Assembly (NCBI GenBank): GCA_973895155.1
Contig: OZ316892.1
Location: 124,001-188,000 of the forward strand
Origin: Marsupella aquatica
Taxonomy: Eukaryota; Plantae; Marchantiophyta
Reading direction: 5' to 3'
Length of the DNA stretch: 64,000 nt
In this document: in pieces, positions 45,941 through 59,314 of the stretch
Layout: each line of letters starts with the position of its first letter
Position numbering within the stretch: the stretch's first letter is position 1
The notes under the pieces: model-generated
Told to the model about the DNA's origin: nothing
Seen by the model: the letters and a program-made list of their open reading frames with translations, nothing else
Databases searched by the model: none
Position numbers and translations under genes: made by a program

Positions 45941-48192
45941 GTTTTGTGAAGGAAGTTGAAACCAATTTTTGCTTCTAACTTGGGCAAGTTGACTTGACTT
46001 GAGCTAACTTGACCAATGTGAAGGAGGAAGTAGAGTTATGAGGGTCAAGGTAGGGATGAGGTCGAGCCTACCCACCCTTGTTACTATTGTGGGGTATGTT
46101 TTTCATTTGTGACCAGCGATTAAGTTATCATTTGGCGGATTGGCGGAATGGAGGTTGCTTGCTCAACAAGCAAGGTATCTAGGGTTTTGGCGACATGGTG
46201 ACCAGGTTCATTGAATACATGGAGGAGGTGACCAGGTTCAAGGCATGTAAGAGGGTTTGGTCCAAGTGCATCAGTTTTGTGAGATATGGGCCAGATTCCT
46301 AGTTTTGTGAAATAAGGACTAGATTCATTGAACCTATATCAACGGTGGATCTTGGTTGAGTCAATGGATGAATGGATAGGATTGAGGATGAGGACGTGCC
46401 TTAGGGTTTGGAGGAGGTCGAGGTTTTTTCGAAAGTGCGAAGCCTCATTTGGTTACAAAGTTACAAAGGATGGTATTTTGGCTCATTTTTGACCCTTAGA
46501 TCTTTTTGATGGATGATCAAGGGCTGAAAATTGTCGAGGACTTAAACCATAAGTGGAGGGCTTGTGCCTTGCCCCAGGCCTTCCCACGAGAGTACTAAAG
46601 AGGAGAGTTCGAAGGGTGGGCTCTCTCTCACACCGTGATGCTGCTAAAGTGCTGCCGCTTTTGGCAGTTTTTGAGTCTTTGAGTAAGTTTTGAATAGGTA
46701 GGAGCGAACCTCTTGAGGGGAGCTCGAGCATGAGGCATGAGTGAAGGGGGAGCCCTCCTCCTTGGCCATGGCCTTAGGATTTTGAGGGTAGGAGATGTAG
46801 AGGCAATTTTGTGAAGAGATAGATGGAGTAGAAGCTTTGAATGTGAAGAGATTGAGTTTTGTGACGGTTTTTCTAAGGATTTGGAGAGAGGTTTTGAATG
46901 TAGGAGAGGCTGACTCGAAGCCTTAGGAAGGAGGTAGGATGTGAGTAGGAAGTATAAGGAGCTTGCATGAGAGATTGCCCACAAGAAGGCATACTCGAAT
47001 GTAGGTTTGTTGCTTCAAGTTTTGAGGAGAATGGACTTGTAGGAGATTTTTGAAAGCTTAGAGGAGATGTGACCTAATCTTGTTGAAGCTTGGGAGTCTT
47101 GCATTAGAGATGGCTCACTAAGAAGGCCTACTCTCTTGTAAACTCCTTGACTTGAAGCTTCGAAAGTAGATTTGGTTGAAAGAAGGAAGTATGAGAGAAG
47201 GAGACTAGGGTTTTGAAGCTTGGATAGGCTATGGAGGGATTTTGAATGCTTGGTTGATGATTAGACTTGGTGATGATTCATTTTTGCTAGGAGGGTCTTG
47301 CTTGTGACCCATGTTTTTACTTGGAGGCCATGATGCTACATGTGCCTTCTTGCTATGCATTTAGAGGAGAGGTATCCTCGTTTTTGAGATGTGTGTTGAT
47401 GCCTTGCTTTGGCTATGAGTGATGGAATGGTTAGAATGAATGTCTTCATGCCATTTTCAAATGTTGTTGTGAGCTTGAAGGTGTTTTTGAAAGTAGATGG
47501 GTTGAATGAAGGTACTTTTGAAAGTAGTTATTATGCATGAGGGAAGTTGCAAGAGTAAAGAGTGAAGGCATTTTCGATTGATGGAATGGGTTGTTTGTGG
47601 ATTATACTTGGTGGTTCTACTAGAGGAAGGGACTAAGGTCAATTCCATGTTTGTTAAGGAGTTTGTTGACCAACCCTAGGTCACTTTTCGAAAGTAGTTT
47701 CCCATGTTTTGAAAGTTGGATGTTTGAATGGTGCATAGAGATGCCTTGCATACCTTTGGATGTCCCACTTGTCTTAGCCACAACCAAGAGTGACCCTTAA
47801 CTTGACCACATTGATGTATGCTTGAACTTGTGTACCTTAGAGGGTTGCAAGGGATTGTGTCCAATCAAGTGTTGGAAAAGGAATGGTGATCAATTGAATG
47901 TTGGGCTTAGACTTGTGAGGATTACATTGGGAAGCTTGAACTAGTTATTTTGATTGTGATTGGATATGAGTATGTAAATGGCTTGAGTTTCGAAAGCATG
48001 CTTGCTTGCTTGTGATGATGTGGATGAAAGGTTAGGGTAGATACTTTGTCTTGTTTGCAACCGTTTCTTATCTCAAGCAGCCATACACCCTGCGTGTCCC
48101 TTGAGGCCCTTTCCCACCTCTTTGCTTATCCTCAAGACAGCGGGAAAGACAAAAAGAGGCTCAATGTCGGCAATAGAAGAGACAATAGGAGG

Positions 48193-49425
48193 CTAAGACA
48201 TCAAAGGAGTAGGAGCTATAAATGGTACACTGGGAGGCTCTACAGTCTCAGGCTCAGGCTCAGTCTCGGGAATAGGCTCAGGAATAGGTTCATCTCCTTC
48301 CATGGTAGGAGAGGGAAATGAATCATCAAGGGGTGATAGGGTGGTATCCTCAATAGAGGAAAATGGATCTGGAGGGGGTACTGGTGAAGGGGGTAAAGGA
48401 GATGGAGGGTGCTCAGGTGAAAATGTAGGAGGGATAGGGGAAAGAATGGGATCAGGTAGAGGGGGTGTAGGTGAGGATGGAGAAGGGAGTGAAGGGTCAA
48501 CAATAGGTAGCTCCGGCTCATCCACATCCATAGGGTGATCAGGCTGTGGTGAAGGTGCAGGGGGTGAGACATGAGGGGGTGGGACGGTACGAGACTCGGA
48601 AAGCAAAGCACGAATACAGTCAAGCAACTGTAGAGGGGTACAACTCAAGAGTCTAGTGGCCTCATCTACCAAATGCTGGTTGAAACCAGCCACACTAGCT
48701 AGTCGCTCAGCATCACCAACAAAATCAGTCCATGACGTGTAAGAAGTGGAAGCAACAAAAGAGGGAGAAGTCATCCCTGGTAGATCTGGTGCTGTCGTCT
48801 GCTCCACTGGAGGGGGTCTCGGAGATGTCGTCGGTGGTGGAGTCAACTCTCTCGCTAACTCTGGCTGAGGTAGCTCAAAGTGTCTCGCTCTCCTCCTCCA
48901 ATCGCTCAGCTCCACTGGTAATAAGCAGCCTCTCGAAAAGTAAATGTGCGCCAAGTAGGGTGTCAGATAGGTATCACCGGTAGTAGACAAGACAGCCACC
49001 TGCTTGGCGATCACCTCCAAAAGAGCTAAGGCCCAGTTGATCCTCCTCTTGCCGGTCCATGATACGATGATAGAGCTGGTCAAGTAAACCATAGCCCTGG
49101 TGGGTTTGGTTGGATGAAAGATAGGTACAAGGAATCAGAGTAGATGAGCTAACTCCCGGTTCCTGCACTGATCAATCTTCCAACCAGACCTCCGGTCCCT
49201 GGTACCTCTAAAATAGGGGACAGTAAAGTCCTCTCCAACAGAGATAAGTCTCTCTCCCTCCTGGCTCAACTGGTACACCTCAGAAACAATGGCGGTGGTA
49301 CACACATCAGCTGAACCTCTAGTAGAACTCCGAAAAGTGCCAGCTTGGGGTGGACGAAGAAAATCGGCAATGATGGACCCATGCACCATATCCCAAGGAA
49401 GAAAAAGTAAGGAACTCAAGCCCAT
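48193..49425 (-). pseudogene. Retrotransposon accessory-ORF-like protein (Athila-ORF1/plant-mobile-domain-like) with Pro-rich tail; one frameshift
   Basis: GLSSLLFLPW...IIADF...TTAIVSEVYQL...RINWALALL...YLTPYLAHIY pattern resembles extra ORFs of non-chromovirus gypsy elements; family call by resemblance only. Confidence 0.55.
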
Positions 49426-49958
49426 CTCTACCAGGTTACTAAGGAGTCTAAGTAAGCCTTAGGACCTGGAGGTAAGGTCACCCTGATGGCCTTACTAATT
49501 GGTAAGCTTCTGGTGGCCATAGCTCAGAAAATCTGAGAAGGCTCTAGAGCTCTCCTCCTCAAAATGGTTAAGCATTGAGGCTCAAGAATGAAATCTCAGG
49601 GATCTAAGGTAGTTGCGCTACTATGGGAGAAGGAATGAACTGAAAAGAGATAGAAATGAAGGAGCTCTGATCAGGCGAAGCTCTCAAAATTGCAATTTCT
49701 TCAATTCCAAGAAATCAGAGAGCATCGATGACCCAATACTCCTCAACGTCTCATCAATAGCAGTTCAAAATCGGGGTGAACATTCTCTAGGCAGCTGCGC
49801 TCCTATAGCAATTGAAATGAGCTCGAATGGTGGTCTAACGAGTGAGCACTGAGGGTCAAAGCTCGCGCCCTACTGCCGGCCGCCATGGACATCCCTCAAA
49901 GAAAACTGGAGAAAAAGGTTTGGGCTGGCGCGGACGTCACATTAGGTCGTGGCGGGGT

Positions 49959-52900
49959 TGTGATGCCTAGCCAAGAATCACTCGGCCAGTTAAGTGGGTA
50001 AAGCAGGAGTACACCCTAGAAACACCTTAGTATAGGGACAAAACAAGGAAAATATAAACAATTAGGGGTGACTATGGAACCCGGGCCGAGGCCGGAGGTA
50101 AGGACGCTGGGGGTGAAAACAAGATTAGGGTTAGGGCGCGCTAAGCGTCGGCGGCTAGGAAGGATCAACGGGAGGAAGGACCGGAAGAGGAGAGGGGTAA
50201 GGAGCGCTTGCAGGGAATAGTGGCTCATTTGCGAGCACGAACTAGGCAGACGACTACGGGAGGCCAACTACTGTCAGCTGCTTAAGCAAGCACTCGGGGA
50301 GAGAGTAGATACCGACGATTGACCTAAGGAGGGTATGAGCAACGTCAATCAAGCGACATATTTCTGGGGATGCCTGTTCGAACGGGCAACTGAGTACATC
50401 AAGACTTACGAGGACGAAGAATCAGAAAGGGCAGCTCGAGAATGGCAGGAGCTCGCTCGATTGTGGGAGCTACAGAAGACGGCTTTCTTAGGAGGCGAAC
50501 TCATCAAGGCCGAGTTCTTGTGGACTCCTACTTCCAATCAGCTCGACGATCTTTTGTTTTGCGAAGATAGAGTCGTCGGCATCCGAGAAGCCATCAAACG
50601 CTGCAATAACATACACTGGGAGTTGAAGGGTAGCACGGAGGGGTGGACAAAGGCAACCGTGCTAGGAGAAACCTCCACGGCAGCCGAAATGAAGAGGAAG
50701 GGAGCCATCAACGATGAAGCCACCCCAGCAAAAAGAACGAGGTCGGCGGCACCAAAGAAGCCAGCCGAGCAGCAGAGCAGGAGGCAGGGAGAAGCCAAAG
50801 AGGAGGACGATCCCATCAATGCCATTCCAACCAGGGATGACACCTGGAAGGGCTGGGCGGCAACCCTACCAAAGGAGGTGCAACTACATTTTGCACGAGA
50901 GGAGGATGCATGCTTTACGGCCATGCAGACCAAGAAGTACCAAGGCTTCATGGCCGGATCCGGCTTAGAGGCCTTTGTAAGATTACCATGGCTAAAGTCG
51001 GAGGTGTCGGATTCAGACCTATTAGAATTCGTGGGGTCATGGGAACCCGAGACCAATTCCACGAGGATATATGGGAAGGATTTCTATCTTACTCCCAAGG
51101 TGATTGCCGAAGTGTTTGGCTTGCCGATAGGCAATAAGACCAAAGTTGATACCAGGAAGACCTTGCCTGACAAGGAGTTCCGGTCGTTCCCCGGGCCATC
51201 AACAAAGAATGGCTTCTTCCGGAACACCTGCACCAACCCGCACATAGGAGAGATGATTGACTTCTTGCGGGTGACCATGCATTGTAACTTGCCGAGGGCA
51301 GAGATCGGCAAGGCACAAGTCTATCTGGCAGAGAGGCCAGACCCAAGCCGGGACTACAACGGGTACCTCCTCAACCAATTGAAGAAGATCTTAAAGGAGG
51401 AGCAGCAGGTAATCGGCGTGGGGAGCGTGTCGCGACTTGGCTATCACATGCCGTTGTTGTGCCGGTATGCCAGAGGTCAGACCTTTGCCCCAGTACTTCC
51501 CCTACAGGTAAGGGCACCCGAGGAAGCTCCAGCACTGAGGCCGGTAGCAAAGAAGCCTCAACCACCTGTTAGCCCTACGATTGAGCAGGTGTTTAGGCCA
51601 AGGAAGGAAGACTTGCCGATGCAGCAACCAAACATGCAGAATCTGCTGAAGATGCTGGAGAAGGAAAAGACGGCACTGGCACCAGCTTCGGCAGCGGCAC
51701 CAATACAGGACACTGCCCCAGAGGTCAACCTAAGCAGACTTAGAAGGGAAAACCCCTTTATCAGAAATAAGGAGAGAATCAGGCCAGAATCCAAGCCGGG
51801 TGTTCGAATGTACGTGGGAGTCTCAAGCTCTGAATTTGAGGCAGAATTGCCTGAAGCTCCTACCGGCGAAGAGGAGAGGGAGAAGCCGGAAGTCCAAGAG
51901 GTGGAGGAGGCAGTGGAGGACTGCAGCCATGATAACTCCGGCTATGGGTCGGACCATCACGTTCCAGGAGTAAGGACCTGTGGCCGGTTTATCCCCACAC
52001 TTCCAAGGGTAGTTTGAGGGGACCCCAACCAGCAGAGTAGCCCCGAGTCTCCCCCACCAGATGTTGCTCCCCCGAGCTTTGACGGCATAAAGCAGACGGC
52101 ACAGGAATTTCAGGAGCGACTTAGGGAAGCAGAGGAGGCAGCCCTGGCTAGGGAAAAGGATTTGCCAGGAGGAGATTGGCCGGAGGACATCAGGCGGCTA
52201 GCCGAAAAAGGAAGCAAACCTCTAGCCACGATTGAAGAGGTCCGCAAGACGGCTTGGGAGCAGAGGCCGCGTTGGGCGATGCCGATCACTTCTACTTACT
52301 CCACCTACGCTAAGAATAGAGCCATGGAGTATGGTGAGATATGTGGGGAACTTGCGCTTGGCATCTTTGGGGAGGAGTTGGAGGTAGGACCCTTTTTCCA
52401 TAGGGAGCAGTTGGAGAAGCACCAATTAGAAGAAGCGGTGGCTTTAGAGAGAAGCAAGAAGGACGAGGTCATCCGGCGGCTTAGGAGGATGGAAGTCGAG
52501 ATTGAAGATCTAAGGGCGGCCAAGAAAGCCCAGGATGAACTGCGGATTAAGCGGCATGAGCTGAACATCATGCAGGGGCAGTTGGACACCGCGCAGGCTG
52601 ATAATCAGACTATCAAGGATAAACTGACTCAGACCCAGGGAGAATTGGCCGATGCAATCAAGGACAAGGAGAAATGGAAGAAGGAGCTGAGAGACGCAGA
52701 GGAGGCCCATATAGCAGTCAACAACCGCGTCACGGCGGAGACTCAGAGAAGGGAGAGGGCGCTGAAGGAAGAGCTCGAGGTCATCCGCAGAACCCTTGAG
52801 CAAAAGGAGGCCGAGTTAGGGAAATCCTATCAAGGGATTATTGCGCTACAACAGGAGCTTGCATCCCGAACGGCCAGCTTCAAGGCCGACCTGCGGGAGA

Positions 52901-54642
52901 AGGACGCCCAGCTCGACCAGACTTATGCCAAGATGAATAACATGGAGTCTGAGGTCGTAGCGGAGCTCGACAAGGAGCTAAGAGCAACCCAGGAGGAGAG
53001 GGCTACCACCAAGAAGGAATTGGAGGAAGCCCACAGGGAATTGGAGGAAGCCAAAAACGAGCTGGAGGAGGCACGTAAGGACCTGGATGAGACCCAGGAG
53101 GAGTTGGAGGAAATCACGAGGAAGATGGAGAACCTACAGCGGCGGGCCGACAACCAAACAGAGCGGCTGAAGAAACAAGCCGCAGTATTTAAATGCTTAG
53201 CTGCATCAGGTCCATCTCCCGTTGTGGCAAACCAGTTACCCGGGGTGGTAATTGCCGAAGGACCAGCCGTGACACACGGCCCGGTGCCGGACGTTGGCGG
53301 CAAGGGGAAGGAACCGGCTATAGAGATAGTGAAGAAGAAGAAGCGGAAACCTTTGGGGTCCGGAGGTTATTCGACCCCTCAAGCCGTACTCAAACCAGTA
53401 CCAACCTCCAACATGAACACGGCAATAGATCCCGCTATCACCAAAGGTGGGGATGGCGCGGCCCAAGCCGAACTACTCAGTAATGAGGCCGGTATCCCAG
53501 ATCCACCTCTTGAGCAAGCCGGGGAGGCCGTGGCCAAAGCTGAGGCCGTAGCCGAGGCTGAGGCTGTAGCCGAGAATGATTTCCGAGCCGAGGCCAAAGC
53601 CGAGGGTGGGCCCAGTGAGGCCGATGGAGAGTTGACTCAGTCAAGGACAGGTAATCTGTCAGAGAACAAACCTACGGCAGTGGTTGCGGAGGAAGCGTTG
53701 GGGGCGTCCATTGAGGATCCACCACCGGTGTCGTGACGGTGCAAGGGCGCCGTTCCTTTTAGGAAGGGTGGACGTGGAGGGAGGAGGCGTGAGTGGGCAG
53801 GGCGGGCTCAGATCTCTAAGTTTAGGATTAGGATCAAGACCAGGAGGTGGCCGTGACACTTAGCTTAGTGGGATTGCGGTTCCACTGGTAAGAGCAACAC
53901 TTGTACTCCTGCCTCGCTGTACATAGGTAGATCCAGTTAGGTAGATTAGGCTTACGCTGCAAAGAATTAGGCAGATCCACTACCAGGATAAGTACTTGGG
54001 CAGCGGGGAGCTCAGGGCCTCTTCTTTAGCAAGTTTTTAGTTTGCACCAGCCGGGCTGGGATCAAGTAGTAAGAGAAGCTCTCGGTTAGTCATACAGTGA
54101 CCCTTGTGTATATTCATGTTTCCTCATGCCTAAGAGCTGAATAGAGTTGGCCTCACGGCTTAGTTTGCAGAGCTTGTGTATGAGATGTACTGTTTGTATG
54201 ACAAGTGCATGGTATGACTCAGTCAGAAGGAGTCATTTTGCTATTTGTGTGTCGCATTAACTTGTGTGAAGAGTGCCCACATCAACTAACAGAGGAAGGA
54301 AAGTAAGCAGGGGAGTGAGAGTTGGATGTGTCGAGCTGAGAGAGGTCTTAGCGGCTTAACCAAGCCTATTGGGGATCATTCCGGCGGCGGAATCCAAACA
54401 TACCTAACAAGACGGAGGGGAAGATAAGGAAAGGCCTAGATTAGGCCGGCTACATATCTCATGACCCGATGAAGGATCTGTCCAGTATATGTGTGTAAAA
54501 TGTTAATAGTAGTAGTAGAAGGAGGTTAGCAGCGTCCCATGCCGCTAAGCCGCGGAAACAGCCTCGCCAAGTGCAAAACCTGCGGGAATCGGCTTGCGCT
54601 GGGGGGGTTTCTTGGGTTTAGGGAGCCATGGGATGCACCACA
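49959..54642 (+). mobile_element. Solo LTR (4684 bp) carrying a large ORF
   Basis: TGTGATG...CACCACA termini with 5-bp TSD GGGGT (49954-49958, 54643-54647); no gag/pol. Confidence 0.8.
50335..53736 (+). CDS. About 1130-codon LTR-borne protein (PMD-like N-terminal domain plus long coiled coil) with a single in-frame TGA at 52015
   Basis: ORFs 50335-52017 and 52162-53736 share a frame and the 48 codons between them are open. GLEAFVRLPW...LEFV...IYGKDFYLTPKVIAEVFGLP; ELEEA heptads; KKKKRK. Confidence 0.75.
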
Positions 54643-55044
54643 GGGGTGGACGTCCCGGACGTCCCTACGTGGAGGCCGTCCAAGACGTCCTTGAGTTTTT
54701 CATGTGGGCCGGCGCGGAAGGAGTCGGCCGTCCTTGCAAAAAATGGGTGTCGTCCAGGGCCGTCCCTGCGTGGAGGCCGTCCAAGCCGGCGCCGTCTTTG
54801 CCGTCTTTCGTGAGGAGGCCGTCCAGGCCGTCACCTCATTTTTGAAGCTCCTTTCAACTTCTTGTCGTCTTGACGTCTAATATGTGAAAACCAGAGTAGC
54901 CTTGACGTCTTCCAATGGTATCCTTACCCATTTGAGCTTATACTAACTTAATTTTGCTTAAAGGGCCTTATAAAAACTTCAAAATTTTTAAAATTTATGG
55001 TTTTGATACTTTAACTCTCTTTTTGGAATAATCACCTAATTACA

Positions 55045-58000
55045 CAGACGTTCCCAACACAGAGACGAGGTGTGATGGAGAATTTGAGTGATTTCATCAT
55101 GGAGGACGGGTGTGAAGGGTCGCTAGCGATGGGAGATATGATTGCCAAACATGCAATGTCGTTCGGCACTGATTTCAGAGGAGAGCCCAAGGACCCTCCG
55201 CGTATACCGCTTTGTCGCCTGTTCAATATGGAAGTTGTTCGGACTCTCCAGAAGGAGAGCGCTTCAATCGAGAAGCTTAAAGAATCATTTTGTAGTTCCG
55301 GTTAAAACTCCTCCATTGGGATGCGATTCTGAAGGCGTCATCCAATTTTGTACCCCCGAAATCCGCGAGAGTTGGGATGCTGTCTGGACTGTCCAGAATG
55401 AGAAATTTGAAGCGGACTGTGAAGCAGATCCAGATTTCCTTGTCTTAAAAGATAAGATGTTTTGTGTGTTTGACGGGAATCATCGTCTGTATTCCTGGTC
55501 ATAGGTAACAAAAGAGAACCCCAAAAATGTCAAGTACCACCCTCGTGTGCTATGCACTATGTTCAAGGGAGATCGAGGTTCTCTTATTGAGATTGAAGCC
55601 GCCATGCACACTGTCAATCAGTAAGTTTGGTCATTTTCTTTGATTTGGACAAATTTTCAATTGTGAGATTTTGGTTAGCGTCTGGTGCTAATGAATTATG
55701 GTTGTATACAGATTGGGGCAAGCCGTTGTAGAACTGTCGTGGATCTTCGATGCTAACTGAATTAGTTGGATTCTGTCTCATGACCTTGATTATTACAAGA
55801 CAATAATTGACGCCGAAAACTTCAAACGCTTTGAGGCAATTTGCGCGAAGACAAGGAAAGGCTCTTGGTATACAAAGAAGATGCCTTTGGAGGCCCTTGT
55901 GTACATCTTGTGCGAGAACAAGATCAAGTCATACTCTGTGCAATTGCGCGAAGACAAGGAAAGGCTCTTGGTATACAAACTGGACATGGCGACTGCAAAC
56001 ACTCAAGGGAGGCCGTGGTCAAAGGAGGAGGTCACCAAGCGTCATGCGGCAATGATGGAGGCCACAAAAGAATGGAGCATGAAGACCTCAAATATCACTC
56101 CACTCCTTAGCCCCGAATTCAAAGATTTTTTGTCAACATGTGCGGAAATGTACACGCTGACAGAAAAAAACAAGCAAGAATGGAAAGTAGACGCTGTGGT
56201 TTGCACGATGGATCGTGCTTGTCTCTTTACTGTCGTCTCAGCTTTGGACCCAAAGTTGCGTTCCACTCTTCTTGTGGCGCATTGCACGCCCAAACTTTGC
56301 AAGCAATTTTTCCATCCGCCGAGTGTGAACAATGAACCTGTTAAAAAATGGTGTCACACTTGGCACATGTGGAGTTGGATCGAAGGAATTTCAATGGGGA
56401 TGTTGTAGACTGCTCTCAGACAAGTTCAATCTGTCATGCCTCCGGAACGACTTGTCACAAGAGGTGTAGAAACTTTTGATGCTTTAGTGCAGACGATTTG
56501 CAATGATTTCAAAAGTTATGGAGATACAGTCAAGGTGAAGTTTTTTAACACAATGTGGGCGTCAAAGTACGGGGAGAAAGAAGATTTTTCTTCCCAAAAC
56601 CAGAAGCGGGCAAAGAGATACCTTTATCGGTTCTTTGTGTCCATGGAGAGCAATTCTCCTGAATATTTGTGGGCTTATCCTCCTGCGCTCCAGAGGTGGT
56701 CGGTCATGGATGGGGATGATTTCAGTGAGGTTTACTAGATGTATCCTGTAGAAGGAGCCAATCCTCCACGTGACATTTCCGTTTGGGAGCGAACAAACTG
56801 TCCCTGGTACCTCGATACTGATAAGTGGGATACACCTTTTGATGAATCTGAGAAAGACGCCTTTTTGAAATTGTCCAAATCTTTAGTTCCTCGGAAATGG
56901 TTGTCTGAGATGAAGGAAGGATTGGTGGGAGACGTTGAAGCTTCTGCAATGGAGCTTCAAAAAATATGTGAGACTGAAGTCTTACATGTTGACAGGAGCC
57001 GAAAACCTCGCGCAAAAGTAAAAGTTGATACAGGATTGAATAGCCCGTCCACGAGATCCGGAAGAAAACGTAAGTTATATGACTTTTTGCAGTTCTTCTT
57101 GATCTTTTCCTCTGAAATTCACTTATTTGTTTACATTGATTTTGGTTAGCGCCAAGCGCTACTTTTAACTATTAAATGTATACTCATAAACAAGAATTTA
57201 GAAAGTAAATGTTTGGCTAGCGTCGGGCGCTGTTATAGTTTTCCCAGTGTTCTTACCTGTTCGATTCTCTGCAGGGGATAGGAAATCAGAGGGAGAAGAA
57301 ACTCAAGATGCAAAGACGACCATTACCCCTGATCAATCTGAAGCAAACACTGAGGCTCTTGATGCTACCCAAGAGCAGACTCCTCCTGCAAATACCAACG
57401 TTGATCGTCCGATTGATGCCACAAGCACCAAAAAAAACAAGAAGAAAAATCTTGATCTTGGTTCTTCTTCAAGAGATTTGCATGCATGTACAGGCGTCCA
57501 ACGAGAAGTTGGTCAATTCAAGTCTAAAGTTTGCCGTCATATATTTGTTGAGTCCAGCCTAATGGACTTTTTTGAATCTATTTTTACAAAAGAGACTAAA
57601 CCCACTCAGGTGGGTGACAAATGTCGAGAAGTGGGGAAAAGACTTAGTGACACTTGGTCTCCGGGAGAAAAGGGTAGTTAGGGGAGGCAAGTTGAGATCT
57701 TTTGTGGTGGATGCGGGTTTCGTCTACCTACCGACAGGTCTACACCTTCTTTGCTTCACCGAAAATTGCCAAAGTGGAATGTACTGGATCACTGAAGGGT
57801 TGGCTCTTTCTTTCGGGCAATGGACCCATTTCTTGCCGACGATGGGTTGTTGCACACTAGGGAGTATGACCAGATCTCCCAAGTAATTTTGGCTAGCCAA
57901 GATTCCCAGAAGTTCCAATGCCTCAAAACACTCAACGTTGTTATGGGTGCCCCAATGTACATGGCCAAAAGCGATTGTTAGGTAATTGTCCTTTTGAATC

Positions 58001-59132
58001 AAGAGAATCATTTGCTAGCACTTGGCGCTATTAATAGATCTCCTTTCATGTTTGATGTTCACATGTAAATGTCCTCGTGTACCCAGGGTCTTTTGGGTAG
58101 CGCCAAGCGCTATTAATATATGTGACCAAATCTCATATTGAATACTGTTTATTTTCCAGGTTTTCACCTTAAGACTTGATATCTTTAGTCGAGTTACATC
58201 GAAGGTTAGGGTCCCCAAAGATTCAAAGTTCAAGCCTTTGTCTTCAACCGAGGACCCTTCAATCACAAACCTCATTGGACTGTAGACTCTGAAGAAGGAT
58301 CCTATTCCAGAAGCTGCATTTGCGGGGAATGCACAACTACCAGTCGGCTTCATGCAGTCTATCCTGGAGTTAATTTCTCGTCCGGGAGATATTATTATGG
58401 ACTGGACGGTTGGGTTAGGAAGTACATTTGTGGCTGGGGATTTTTGTGGCCGTTTCATCCTTGGGATTGAGAATCGCAAGGAATTTGTTTCTATTGCTGA
58501 GAGGACATACACTGACTTGCTCCTCCCAAAAGAATCGAGTGAGGCTGGTCCGAGCAAAGACATGGAGAAAAAAGTGAAAGATAAAGTTTGATCTGTTCTG
58601 AATTTTGATTCCGAAGAAGAAGAAGATGATGTAGCTGATGAAGAGGCCGGGATTGATGTCCAGAAAGGAGAGAAAAAGGATTGGGGGAATTTAGAAGGAG
58701 AAACTGAAGATTTAGATTCTTTTGAGTAATGCCTGTAAGCTCCTTTACATTACTTAACTTTCCATTTTCTTTTTATCTTGTATACTTGAATTACTGGAAT
58801 CTCTCAAAGTGTACTTAGTGTTTCAACTGACTCACAGGTCAGAGTGGAATCTTCACGAGAGGTTCGATCTGCAAAGGAAATTTTTGAGCAAAGTCCTAAT
58901 TACCCCTGAGAAACCATTTGTATTGCCTTCATACGCAGAGTATGCCGCTCGCAAAGAAGAGAGTAGAAGAACCCTGACCTGGGAGAATAAGGGCTTACGA
59001 TTGAGACGTGGTTTGGATAGAAAGTTCATCCGTCATCCATTTGTCGATGATATGGCATGAAATGAATTTATCGATGATGAAGCAGAGAGTACGGATAGAT
59101 CAGAGAGTATTGAGTCGGAATCTAGAGATTAG
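55045..59132 (+). pseudogene. ParB/Srx plus amino-methyltransferase-like accessory gene, copy B (5' piece about 44250-44396)
   Basis: PPRIPLCRL, VFDGNHRLYSW, WERTNCPWYLDTD, VDAGFVYLPTG, ILELISRPGDIIMDWTVGLGSTFVAGDFCGRFILGIE. Introns 55621-55711, 57070-57274, 57982-58159, 58726-58837; many stops and frameshifts. Confidence 0.8.
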
Positions 59133-59183
59133 ATTAGATTAGATTAGATTAGATTGGATTAGGTTAGTTTAAATTAGATTAGT
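59121..59183. repeat. (TAGAT)n microsatellite at the gene 3' end
   Basis: GATTAGATTAGATTAGATTAGATTAGATT... Confidence 0.85.
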
Positions 59184-59314
59184 TATATATTCATGATTTT
59201 AAAACAAATTATCTCCTCCAAAATAGTAGCATTGGGTGCTACTTATTGTACGCATCAATTTTATATAAATACAAAGTGGGAAAGGTATTAGCTTCCGCAC
59301 ATCTTTTTCTGATG

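Larger units (their letters stand above)
44397..55044 (-). mobile_element. Long solo-LTR-like insertion (about 6 kb plus a nested 4.7-kb LTR) in the 5' part of the element B ParB gene
   Basis: TSD (T/C)AGAC at 44392-44396 and 55045-55049; excision restores the frame ...QNSA-Q-TFPTQRRGVM. Ends TA.../...TTACA; homologous blocks with solo LTR 36456-38303; no pol. Confidence 0.65.

Noticed and set aside
45960-48100. Short ORFs in the purine-rich stretch
   Set aside because: Compositionally biased LTR-like sequence with no conserved protein signal.
52162-53736. Host myosin/tropomyosin/SMC-like gene
   Set aside because: Generic coiled coil only; in frame with the upstream ORF and enclosed in a TSD-flanked solo LTR.
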